Part shown: piece by piece, positions 38,756 through 49,300 of the stretch
How positions within the stretch are numbered: the first letter of the stretch is position 1
Layout: every line of letters starts with the position of its first letter
DNA from: Longimicrobiales bacterium
GTDB taxonomy: Bacteria > Gemmatimonadota > Gemmatimonadetes > Longimicrobiales > Gaopeijiaceae
DNA: 64,000 nucleotides
Direction of reading: 5' to 3'
Assembly: GCA_965202985.1 (NCBI GenBank)
Contig: CBDBCF010000002.1
Span: forward strand, 544,001-608,000
Notes under the pieces: generated by a model
The model's database searches: none
What the model was told of the DNA's origin: nothing
What the model saw: only the letters and a program-made list of their open reading frames with translations
Position numbers and translations under genes: made by a program

Positions 38756-40096
38756 CTAGGCCGAGCGGTCCAAGCAGAGGCTCTGGCCTTCGAGTCCGGC
38801 CAGCGCCTCGTTCTCGTGCTCCTCGAAGGGGATGGGGAAGTTCACGTCGACGCCGTAGGCGCCACCCTTGAAGAACGAACCCGACGGGAACACGTCGTCG
38901 GCCGCAAAGCCGTAGTGGCGGACCAGCCGTCGCAGGTCGCCCAGACGGTGGGCGGTGCCGAAGAGCCACCGCGCCCTCTCGTCGAAGAGCATCCGCAACC
39001 GCGCGTCCCCGTCGCCGGGGTCCTCCAGGGCGGCCATCCCGGCCGTCCGCAACCCGTTCAGCGTCTCCAGCCACGACCCGCCGTTGGACAGCTCGTGCTC
39101 GGCTTGGATGAGCCGGGCCTCCACGCCGCTGGCCAGCACCACGTCCGACTCCTCCGAGTCGTACTTGAGCTGGTGGTAGAGCGGCGTCTCTTCGTCGAAG
39201 CCCGTGCCGCCCGAGTCCTCCCAAGGCACGCGGGAGTCCTCCGCCGAACGGAACGCCACGCCGTTGCCGCCCTCCATGTCGGAAAGCGACCATCTGCGCT
39301 GCCGGTGGTTGAGCTCGAAGACGGCGTTCCGCTGGCCCGCCGTGCCGCCCGCCTTGCTGCGGACGCTGTAGGTCCAGTCGTCGGGCACTTGGGCGGCGGC
39401 CGCCGCCGCTCCGGCCAGATCGCCGGCCGCCAAGCGCGCCCTGGCCAAGCCCACGGCCGCCAAGTGGCCCTGAGTGGCGTCGCCCGACGCCGCTGCCGTG
39501 GCCGAACCGAAGCTGGTCTGGGCGGCGTCCAGGACTTGGGCGGTGGTCTGTCGGTCGCCGTAGACGATGTCGCCCTCGTTGGGCGTCGAGCTGAACGGAA
39601 CGCCCGAGCAGTAGTGCTCGGCGAAGAAGAGGTTGGTGAACCCGTTCAGGTTCCACATCTCGGCGATTCGGGAGTCGCCCGGCAGCAGCTCGACCATGCG
39701 GTCCGCCGCGTTCTGCGTGCCCACTCGCGCCCGGTGCAGCGTTCGGTACTGTCCCAGAAGCGTGCCGTTGCGGTCGTCCATCTCGCGTCGGTCCACCTCG
39801 TTCCGCGTGGGGAAGGTGCCGGACAGGTGGAACTCGTCGGCGAGCATCCCGGAGTAGACGACCTGTCCCCCCCCCCCACTCGAGAAGGCGCCCGCGAAGA
39901 GGCCGATGGCCCCGGCCCAGTACAGCTCGGCGCCCTTTGCGCCCTGCACGTTGTCGGGCGTCACGATGTCGGGGTCCGTGACTTGGAGCAGCTCGTCCGG
40001 GTTGCAGGCGGCGGACGCCAGCAGCAGCACCGTCGCGAGCGCCGTCGCGGCCCGTCTCGGGGACCGGCCACGGCGCATGTTGATCTTCGTCGTCAT
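38756..40096 (-). CDS. SusD/RagB-like outer-membrane lipoprotein
   Basis: Lipobox SAAC, EARLIQAE, FDERARWLFGTAHRLGDLRR, FPIP; directly downstream of the SusC-like gene. Confidence 0.85.
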   Translation of the reverse strand: MTTKINMRRGRSPRRAATALATVLLLASAACNPDELLQVTDPDIVTPDNVQGAKGAELYWAGAIGLFAGAFSSGGGGQVVYSGMLADEFHLSGTFPTRNEVDRREMDDRNGTLLGQYRTLHRARVGTQNAADRMVELLPGDSRIAEMWNLNGFTNLFFAEHYCSGVPFSSTPNEGDIVYGDRQTTAQVLDAAQTSFGSATAAASGDATQGHLAAVGLARARLAAGDLAGAAAAAAQVPDDWTYSVRSKAGGTAGQRNAVFELNHRQRRWSLSDMEGGNGVAFRSAEDSRVPWEDSGGTGFDEETPLYHQLKYDSEESDVVLASGVEARLIQAEHELSNGGSWLETLNGLRTAGMAALEDPGDGDARLRMLFDERARWLFGTAHRLGDLRRLVRHYGFAADDVFPSGSFFKGGAYGVDVNFPIPFEEHENEALAGLEGQSLCLDRSA

Positions 40097-40106
40097 GATC
40101 GGTCTC

Positions 40107-43100
40107 CTAGAAGTTGAAGTTGAGGCGAAGGGTCCAGTAGCGAACCGGCGGCTGGGTCAGGAACTCGGACACGCCGAAGTTGTCGCCCGAACCGTTCCAG
40201 TTGATCTCCGGGTCCATGCCGGTGTAGTTGGTCCACGTGCCCAAGTTGCGGCCCGTGAGCGTCAACGACGCGCCCGCCGCGCGCATCCGCTCGGCGAACT
40301 CCGTCGGCAGGTCGAAGCGCAGCGACACCTCGCGCAACTTCCAGAAGTCGCCCTTCTCCATGTAGCCCCACACGGTCTGGGATGGATGGAAGAGCGAAGC
40401 CACGGCGCGAGCCTGGTCGTCCACCGGCGTCGCCGGATCGACGAGCGCGCCGCACAACCGGAAGCGGCAACGGAACCGCTCGGTGTTGTTGTAGGCGATG
40501 TAGTTGCCCCGGTAGTCCAGAAGTCCGTACAGCCGGAGGTTTCTCATGATCCGAATGCTGGTCGAGATCGACAGCTGATTCTCCGGCTGGCCCGGCCCGA
40601 TGTACTCCAGGGTGTCGCCCACGACCAGCTCGTCGGGCGTGATGATGCCGTTGCCGTCGGCGTCGCTCCAGCTCTGGAGGGGACGGTCCCACTGCCCGCC
40701 CAGCGGGTAGCCGGGCACGAAGCGGGTCTGCGAGCCGATCGGCTCGGTGCCTTCGCCCAGCGAGACGAGTTCATTCTTGTTGATCGAGCCCGACAACGTC
40801 ACGTCCCAGACCAGGGCGTCGGTCTGGAGCAGCGTGCCGTTGATCGCGGCTTCCCACCCCTTGTTGGACACCTCGCCGATGTTGATCCAGCGGCTCGCGC
40901 TGGCGCCCAGGGACGGCGCCAAGGGCACCTGAATGAGCGCGCCGCTCGTGTTCTTGTTGTAGTACGTCACCTCCAGGGCGGTGCGGCCGCGGAACATCTC
41001 GACGTCGATGCCCGCCTCGAGCTCGCTGGACTCCTCGGGCTCGAGAAGGTTGTTGCCGATGTTGCCGATCGACACGCCCGATCCGGTCGCGTCGTCGGGC
41101 GTGGTGATGGCGTTGGCGGCCAGCGTGCGTATGGCGTCGTCCGAGCCCGGCTGCAGCCCCGACCGTCCCCACGCGGCGCGGATGCGCAACTGGTCCAGGA
41201 AATCGGCCCGCGGGAAGAAGTCCTCTTCCGACGCGATCCAGGAAAGACTGGCCTTCGGGTAGTAGATCAGGTCGAAGTCTTGGCCGAACGCGCTGTTGTC
41301 GTCGGCCCGGACGGCGCCGGTCACGAAGAGGCGGTCGTTCAGCCCGAACTGCTGGTCCACGAACAGCCCGGCGGTCTTCTCGAAGACATGGAACTCGCTG
41401 GAGAAGTTTTCGGCGGAGGCGCCGATCGACGACGCGCCGTTCACGATGTCGATGCCCCAGGCTTGCGTGCCGGTGTACTGGTTCTCGAAGTACTGCACGC
41501 CGACCGTGGACTTGGAGGTCAGGCCGGGCGCCAGCTCGAACGAGGCGGTGCCGCCGGCGTCCAGCGTGTACTGCCACTGGTTGGCGTAGTTGGAGTCCTT
41601 GCGACCGCGGTTGCTGTCGCCAGGCACGCCAATGTCCCGGGCGAAGAACGACACGTCCAGCCGGTTGTAGTAGTCGAGTCCGGCCGTGGAGCGGAGTTGA
41701 AGCCACTCGAAGGGATCGTAGGTGGCCGTGCCGCCGGCGGTGATGCGCTGCGTGTCCTGGTAGAAGGTGCGGCCGAAGAGCTGCGCGGGCCGCTGGAAAC
41801 CCCAGGCGCGGTCGGGGTTGGAGCCGCCGAAGAACGCGCTGGGAAGGAAGCCGAACGAGTTGTTGTCGTTGCCGATCATGGCGAAGTGGCTGTCCAGATA
41901 GGACGTGCGCACGGCCAGCGAGACCCGGTCCGACAGCTGGCTGTTCAAGTTGACGCGCAGGTTCTTGCGCCTCAGCTGGTTGGGGCGCTCCACTTCGCTG
42001 ATGATCGGCACGCCCCGCTCTTCCAGGTCCTCTCGGTCGGCTTGCGGCAGCGTGTAGGGACCCGTCTCGCCCTCGAGTTCGCCGGCCACGTAGTAGCTGA
42101 CCCGCTCGTTGCCGCCAGACACCGAAAGTCCATACTGCGCGCGGTTGCCGTCGTCGATCGGAGAGAGGTCGGGATCGTGCAGCACTTGGTACGACTCGAT
42201 CGACGTCTGGTTGCACAGCCCCGAGGCGACTTCGTTGAGCCGGCAGGCCCGCGCATAGCGTCCGCCGGCCGCGTCCAGGCCCGCGTAGTTGAGCGGGTAC
42301 GTGTTGGGCTCTTGGATCAAGCCGGTCTCGACCCAGGCGTTCCAGCGCGTTTCGCCGGGGCGTCCGCGCTTGGTGGTGATGCGGATGACGCCGTTGGCCG
42401 CTTCGGTGCCGTACAGCGTGGCCGCCGACGGACCCTTGATGATCTCGATCGACTCGATGTCCTCGGGGTTGAAGTCGTCCAGTCTTGAAGACTCCTGACC
42501 GCCCGTGTAGATGCCGCCGCCGCGGCTGCGGCCGTCCACGCGGATGCCGTCCACGTACAGAAGCGGCTCGTTGGACAGCGAGATCGAGCTGGAGCCCCGG
42601 ATGCGGATGCGGGACCCGACGCCCGAGGTGCCGGCCGAATTGAGGACCTGGACGCCAGCGGACCGGCCTTGGATCAGGTCGGCCATGTTGTTGACCGCGG
42701 CCTCTTCCATGATCTCGACCGCCTGAAGGTCGCCGACCGAGTTGCCCAGCTCGCGCTTCCGCTGCTCGCCCGTCGCCGTGACGACGATCTCGTCGAGCTG
42801 AAGCGCCGACGGGGACAGCAGAAAGTCGACTTCCGCCGTGCCGCCGGGCTGGGCGGTGAACTCTTGGCTCTCGGGGCCGTATCCGATGAAGACGGCCCGC
42901 AGGGCGTGAGTTCCCGGGGGAACGTTGAGGATCACGAAGCGGCCGGCGGCCGACGTGATGCCTCCGAAGTTGGTGCCCTCGATGAGCACCTGGGCGCCTG
43001 CGAGCGGCGCCTGGGTCGCGGCGTCGCGGACTTCGCCGGTCACGGTGGCGCGCTCTTGCGCAACCGCCGCGACGGGAACCGCGAGTGCGAGCGTCAGCAC

Positions 43101-43145
43101 GGCCGCGAGACCCGTGCCGGCGCTCTTCGAACGGACAACGTTCAT
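40107..43145 (-). CDS. SusC/RagA-like TonB-linked outer-membrane transporter
   Basis: GGAGG SD; LDEIVVTATG; RIRIRGSSS; DIESIEIIKGPSAATLYGTEAANGVIRITTKRG; C-terminal Phe. Confidence 0.92.
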   Translation of the reverse strand: MNVVRSKSAGTGLAAVLTLALAVPVAAVAQERATVTGEVRDAATQAPLAGAQVLIEGTNFGGITSAAGRFVILNVPPGTHALRAVFIGYGPESQEFTAQPGGTAEVDFLLSPSALQLDEIVVTATGEQRKRELGNSVGDLQAVEIMEEAAVNNMADLIQGRSAGVQVLNSAGTSGVGSRIRIRGSSSISLSNEPLLYVDGIRVDGRSRGGGIYTGGQESSRLDDFNPEDIESIEIIKGPSAATLYGTEAANGVIRITTKRGRPGETRWNAWVETGLIQEPNTYPLNYAGLDAAGGRYARACRLNEVASGLCNQTSIESYQVLHDPDLSPIDDGNRAQYGLSVSGGNERVSYYVAGELEGETGPYTLPQADREDLEERGVPIISEVERPNQLRRKNLRVNLNSQLSDRVSLAVRTSYLDSHFAMIGNDNNSFGFLPSAFFGGSNPDRAWGFQRPAQLFGRTFYQDTQRITAGGTATYDPFEWLQLRSTAGLDYYNRLDVSFFARDIGVPGDSNRGRKDSNYANQWQYTLDAGGTASFELAPGLTSKSTVGVQYFENQYTGTQAWGIDIVNGASSIGASAENFSSEFHVFEKTAGLFVDQQFGLNDRLFVTGAVRADDNSAFGQDFDLIYYPKASLSWIASEEDFFPRADFLDQLRIRAAWGRSGLQPGSDDAIRTLAANAITTPDDATGSGVSIGNIGNNLLEPEESSELEAGIDVEMFRGRTALEVTYYNKNTSGALIQVPLAPSLGASASRWINIGEVSNKGWEAAINGTLLQTDALVWDVTLSGSINKNELVSLGEGTEPIGSQTRFVPGYPLGGQWDRPLQSWSDADGNGIITPDELVVGDTLEYIGPGQPENQLSISTSIRIMRNLRLYGLLDYRGNYIAYNNTERFRCRFRLCGALVDPATPVDDQARAVASLFHPSQTVWGYMEKGDFWKLREVSLRFDLPTEFAERMRAAGASLTLTGRNLGTWTNYTGMDPEINWNGSGDNFGVSEFLTQPPVRYWTLRLNFNF

Positions 43146-43358
43146 ACTTTGCCCTCCTTGCTTGGGGCTGCCCCGTCGTTGGGGCGTCGGGGGAAAGTCG
43201 CGTCGGGCGGCGGGGAGCGCGGGAGTCCCACGCAACCATGGTCCCGCCCGGAAGCGCGATGTTTCCGTGAACCGAAAAGCTAGCGCTTGGCAGGCGGGAT
43301 CGCACTTCCCCGGCGCAGCGCGGGACAACGCACCGGGCCGGGGACGCGCGAACCCTGT

Positions 43359-46300
43359 TTAGAAGACGATCCTGCCCGAGAGGCCGATGCGGCGCTCCGG
43401 GGGCTGGACGCCGCTGGCGATGTGCTCGCCGAACAGGTCCATCATCAAGCGCAGGCCGGGGGCCGCGGGCTCCTGGCCCGTGGTCTCGCCGCCCAGCAGC
43501 GACCAGCGCGTCCCCACGTTCACCCGATGGCCCGTCGGTCCCTCGCGGCTCCACCGTCCGAACGGCTTGACCTGGGCGCCGCCGGCCAGCATCACGCCGT
43601 AGCCGACCTCCATCGCCAAACGGTCGGGCGCCCAGCCCGGCGCGCCGGTGGCCGACGGCAGCACGCCGGCGCCTGCCGGGAGGCCCGGGCCGGGCGACGC
43701 GCCGGCGGCCGGGTCGCCGTGGGTTGCCGACACGCCCTGGGCTGACGGGTCGCTCGGGCTCTGAGCCAGTCCCGTGCCTGCCGGGAGGTTCGCGCCGACC
43801 GGCCGCGCCGCACCGCCCGGCGCGCCGAAGCCGCCCGCGCCCGCGGTCCGCCACACGTCGGCGCCGCCCTGCCACAGCGCCCGCGCGCCGCGCCCAGCGT
43901 CGCCCCACGTCGGCTCGACCGAGAACGACAGCCCGCCCTCGCTCTCGCCGCCCCCGCCCGGCTGCAACCTCAGCGAGAACCCCGCGCCCCAGTCCTTGAA
44001 GTCGCGCTCCTGGTGCACCAGCAGCGCGCGGCCGCGCGCCGTCATGCTGAACCCGCTGGCCTGGTGCGCCAACCCCACCTCGGCGCCCGCCTCCGCGCCC
44101 ATACCCGTCTCCGCGTCGCCCCCGTCGAAGCGACCGCCCACCTCGAGCCGCGTCCGCATCGCCAGCCCGCCGCCCAGCGACCACTGGCCGCCGATCTCCG
44201 GCGCCAGTCGCACGCGCTGCGCGTCCGCCGTCACGCCCGCCAGCCCCGCCACTTCGTCCGACAAGATGCGCACCGCGAAAGCGTCCGCCTTCAGCGCCAA
44301 CCCGCCGGTCAGCTCCTGACGCACGCCCAGCGCGCCCATGCGCATCTCCAAGTCGGTGTCGAAACGGCCGCCCGCCGACTCCTCGAGCGTCGCGTCGCCC
44401 CGGCCCGCGCCCGCCAAGCCCCACACGCCGAACCCGCCGCCGGACGACCAGTGCAGGTAGGGGTACAGGCTGGTCAGGCGAGCGGCGACCGAGCCCGCGC
44501 CGTTGACGTCGCTGTCGAAGCCGGCCTCCATGTCGCTGCGCGAGCCCGCAAGGCCCATGAGGAACCCGGAGCCGAACCGGTAGTCCAGCCCCAGGTAGGC
44601 GGAGCGCGTGCGGCCGTCCATGGCGAAGCCGTCTCGGGGACGACCCTCGAACTCGCCCAGGTTCGCCTGGCCCCACACCGTCCAGCCCGACCGGACAGCA
44701 GCCTGCGAAGAGGCGGAAGCGCCCGACGCTTCGCCGGCCGCCGCGCCGTTCTGGCCGCCGAACGCCAGCTGGAACGAGCTCTGCGAGCGCAGGCCACGGG
44801 CGTCGACGGGGTTGAACGTCAGGCCGCCCCGGTCGGCGCGCCCGGCTTCGGGTTGCTGACGGCCCTGGTAGGCGCCGCCCATGCCGCCCATGCCGCCTGC
44901 TGTCGGTTGACCGAATGCACCGCCCCGGCCGTCGCCGAAGAACAGCGCGGCCAAGTCGACGGTTCCGCCGGCCGCTTCGGCCGAGCCGGGGTGCGTGATC
45001 TGCAACCCCAGCAGGCCCGTCGCGCCCCGCACCAGCGACTCGAGGCCGCAGTGGCCCGAGCCGCCGATGCCAGCGGCACCGCTGTCGTCGCCGCCTTCGG
45101 CATGGCCCTCGCCGGCGTCGGCCTGTTCGTGCACCGCGTTCGCAGCGTCGCCGTCGGTCCGGCCGTCCGCCGAAGCCGCAACGCCGCCGTCGGTTTGGTC
45201 ACGCGCCGCGCTCGCAACGCCGGGGACGCCGCCGCCGAAGCCGCCCGACACGGCGCCCGGCGCGCCGCACGCCAGCGAGCGCCCGCCGAGCTGCACGTGC
45301 GACCGGCCCAGCGCGCCCGACGACCCCAGCCCCAACCGCCCGCCGATCGCATCCACCGTCTCCGTGCCCAGCGACCTGCCGAACGCCGCCAGCGTCAGCT
45401 CCAACGCACGCGCACGCTCCGACCGCGACGCCTCCACCGTCACGCGCACCTGCTGCCGAGCCGACAACCCGCCCGGATCGCTCGCCCGTACCGTCACCAC
45501 TGCCTCGCCGATCGCCTGCGGCGCGATCGACAACCGCCCCGCGCCCGTCACCGTCACAGCCGCCACGGCCGGCGCCGACGACTCGACCGCGTACGTCAGC
45601 GCGTCGCCGTCCGGGTCCCGGAAGTACTGACCCAACTCCTCTTCCACAGCGTCGCCGTACGCCTCGAGCGTCTTCGGCGACATCGCGCCCACCGCCTCCG
45701 GACCCTCGTTCACGTCCAGCAGCGTCACCGACACGCCCGCCTCGGCCGTCAGACCACCCGTGTCCGTCGCCCGCACCGTCAGCGCGAACGTCGGCGGGCC
45801 TTGCTCGTAGTCCTCGCCGCTCCCCACGTACCGCACCTCGCCCGTCCGAGCGTCCACCTCGAACCGCGCACCGTCGCCTTCGGCTAGGGCTAGGCTGTAC
45901 GCAGGCGCGTCGCCGCGGTCCGGGTCGGTCGCTTCGACCGCGCCCAGCGTCAGCGGCCCAGCGGCGTTCTCCGCCAACTCGAAAGCGTATGCCGAGTCCG
46001 AGAACGCCGGCGCCTCGTTCACGTCCAGCAGCGCGACCGTCGCAACCGCGCGCGCCGCCAGCCCCTCGCCGTCGGTCGCCACCACCTCGAACTCCCAGGA
46101 CGCCGGGCCCGTCTCGTAGTCCTCGCCCGCGCCCGCGTACCGCACCTCGCCCGTCGCAGCGTCCACCTCGAAGAGCGCCGCGCCTTCGCCTGACAAGCTG
46201 TACACGAGCGTGTCCGCTCGGTCCGGGTCCGCCGCCTCGACCGCGCCCAGAACCAACGGGCCGGCCACGTTCTCCTCGAACTCCCATTCGTAGCGCTCCG

Positions 46301-49300
46301 CAGCGAACACGGGCGCCTCGTTGCGGTCCAGCAGCGCCACCACCACCCGCGCAGACGCCGCGACGCCGCCCCTGTCCGTCGCACGGACCTCGAGCTGCCA
46401 GCTCTCCGGGTCCGTCTCCGCATCCTCGCCTGCGCCCACGTACCGCACCTCGCCCGTAACGGCGTCCACCTCGAACCGCTCGGCATCGCCTTCGGCCAAG
46501 CTGTACACAGGCGGGTCGTCCCGGTCCGGGTCCGTCGCCCGCACCGCGCCCAGCACCAACGGTCCCGCAGCGTTCTCCGCCAGCTCGAACGCATATGCGG
46601 AGTCCGCGAACGACGGCGGCTCGTTCACGTCCGCAACCACCACCGTCGCCGTCGTCCGCGCCGTACGGCCCAGCAAGTCCGTCGCCGTCGCCTCCAACAC
46701 CCACGGCCCCGCGCCGGCCTCGTAGTCCTCGCCACCGCCAACGTACCGCAACTCGCCCGTCTCCCCGTCCAGCTCGAACCGCTCGGCGTCGCCCGCCACC
46801 AGCGCGTACGTCAGCGTGTCGCCCTCGTCCGGGTCCACCGCCTCCAGCACCCCCAGAACCAGCGGACCCGCAGCGTCCTCCGCCAGCTCGAACGCCCAAC
46901 CGTCCTCGACGAACGACGGCGCCTCGTCGTTCTCGTTCACGACCTTCACCGTCACTTTCGCCACCGTCTCGAGCTGCTCGTCCTCGCCAACGCCATCCGT
47001 CACCGCCACCACCAGCATCACGTACTCCGAACGCTGCTCCGCGTCCTCGCCTCCGCCAACGTAAGTCACCACGCCGCTACCCACGTCCACCTCGAACAGC
47101 CCTTCCCCACCGCTCTCCAACCCGTAGCGCATCTCGGCGCCCAACGGACTCGTCGCAACCACCTCGCCCACCGGCAGCGGGCCCGCAACGTTCTCCGCCA
47201 ACTCGAACTCGTACTCCAACCGACCGAACACCGGGTCCAGGCTGCCCGCGCCGTTCACCGCGTGGTCCACCAAGTCCGTCACCGCATGCGCGCCCAGGTC
47301 CAGCGCCACGAGCGTCGTCCCGCCCGCGATCCGCAACGCGCCCGCCGACTCGGCCAGCGCGTCCGTCGGGATGCTGATCCCGTCCGGGTCCCGGTCCGCA
47401 GGCCGGACCACGTACTCGAACGCCAGCACCGCAGTGCCCGAACCCGACACGTAGCGCGCATGGCGCGTCGTCCCGCCCACGTCGAGCGCCAGCCGCGCCG
47501 CAGCCGTGTTCGCAGCCGTCGCGGCCGACATCGACGCCGCCAGCGCCGGCGACGACGACGCGCCCGCCACATCGACCGGCCGGCTGAACGTCACCTCGAC
47601 ACGGATCACGCCGCCCGCGCCGTACAGTCCCGTCGCCACAGGCTCGCTCGTCACCGCCACACCGACCACCACCGGCGCGACCTCGATCGTCCCGTCCACC
47701 TTGTCGTTCGCCGCAGCCGCGATCACATGGGCGCTCAGCGCCAGCGTCGCCGGACGAACGCCGTCCGCCGTGTTCACGATCGTACCGCCGTTCAGCGTCA
47801 GCGCAGCAGCCGCAACGCCGACGCCGTCCGCGTCCGCGTCCACGCCGCCCGTACCGCTGCCGCCGCTCCCCGCGCCACGAACCCGGTACGCGAACGACAA
47901 AGTCGCCGTGCCGCTGCCGCCCGCGTAGCTCGCCTGACGCGCAACCGTCCCCACCGTCAGCGCCAGCTCGGGCGACCCCGTCACCGTCACCGCACGGTCG
48001 AACGTCACCTGAACCTCGATCCGCTCGCCCAGGCCGTACGTGTCGGCGCTGTCCGGCGTGCTCGACACCGCAACGCCGCTCACCGACGCGCCCGCCAGCG
48101 TACCGTCCACCTTGTGACCAGCAGCCGCGCTCAACGCATGGCTGCCCAACCCCAACACCGCCGCAGTCGAGCCGTCCCGAGCATCCGCGATCGCGCCGCT
48201 GTTCAGTGCCAACGCGCTCGCGCCGATGCTGATCCCGTCGGTGTCCGCGTCCGCAGCCACCACCGTGTAGCGGAACGTCAGCGCCCGCGTGCCCGTCCCG
48301 CTCACGTAGTCCGCCTGCCGCGTCTGCGCGCCCACCGTCAGCGCCACCCGAGGCGTGCCCGTCACCGTCACCCGACGGTTGAACGTCACCTGCACCTCGA
48401 TCCGCTCGTCGCGACCATATGTCGTCGCCACCGCAGGCGAACTGATCAGCGCCACGCCAGACACCGACGCCGCCGTGAACGTAACGCCCGCAACCTTGTG
48501 GCCATCGCTGTTCAAGACCGCGTGCGTGCCCAGCCCCAGAACCGCGTCCACCGTGCCGCCCGCCACGTCGATCGTACCGCCGTTCAGCGCCAGCGCGCTC
48601 GCCGCGATGCTGATGCCGTCCGCGTCCGCGTCCGCAGTCACCACCACGTACCGGAACACCAACGACGCCGTGCCCGTGCCCGAAGCGTACGACGCCTGCT
48701 TCGTCGTGCTGCCGATCCCCAACGCCAGCTGCGGCGTGCCCGTCACGTCCACCGCCTTGTTGAACACCACCGTCGCAACCACCGTGTCGCCTCGCTCGAA
48801 CGTGTCGCCCACCACGGGCGACGCGATCGACACGCCGCTCACCCCCGGCGGGCCCTGAGTGCCGTCCACCCGATGGCTGCCCGCGTTCGATATCGCGTGG
48901 CTGCCCAGTCCGAGGCTCGCAGCCTCGCTCGTGTCCCGTGCGTCCACGATCGTTCCGCCGTTCAGCCCCAAAGCGCCCGCGCCGATGCTCAACCCGTTCC
49001 CGTCCGCATCCGCTGCAACCACCGTGTAGGCGAACGACAGCACGCGGCCGCCCGTCGTCGTCGCGTACGACGCCTGTCGCGTCTGCGTACCGATCGTCAG
49101 CGCCAGCTCGGGCGAGCCCGTCACCGTCACGTTGCGGTCGAACGTCACCTCCACCTCGATCTCCTCGCTCAACCCGTACGTGCCCCCGCCCGCCGGACTG
49201 CTCGAAATCGTTACGCCCGACACCGACGACGCCGTGAACGTGCCGCCAGCTACGCGCAGTGCGCCGTCGTTGCCGATCGCATGATGCGCCAGGCTCAGCA

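Noticed and set aside
43146..43358. Riboswitch upstream of susC
   Set aside because: GC-rich hairpins only; no recognisable cobalamin, TPP or SAM consensus. An Rfam scan would settle it
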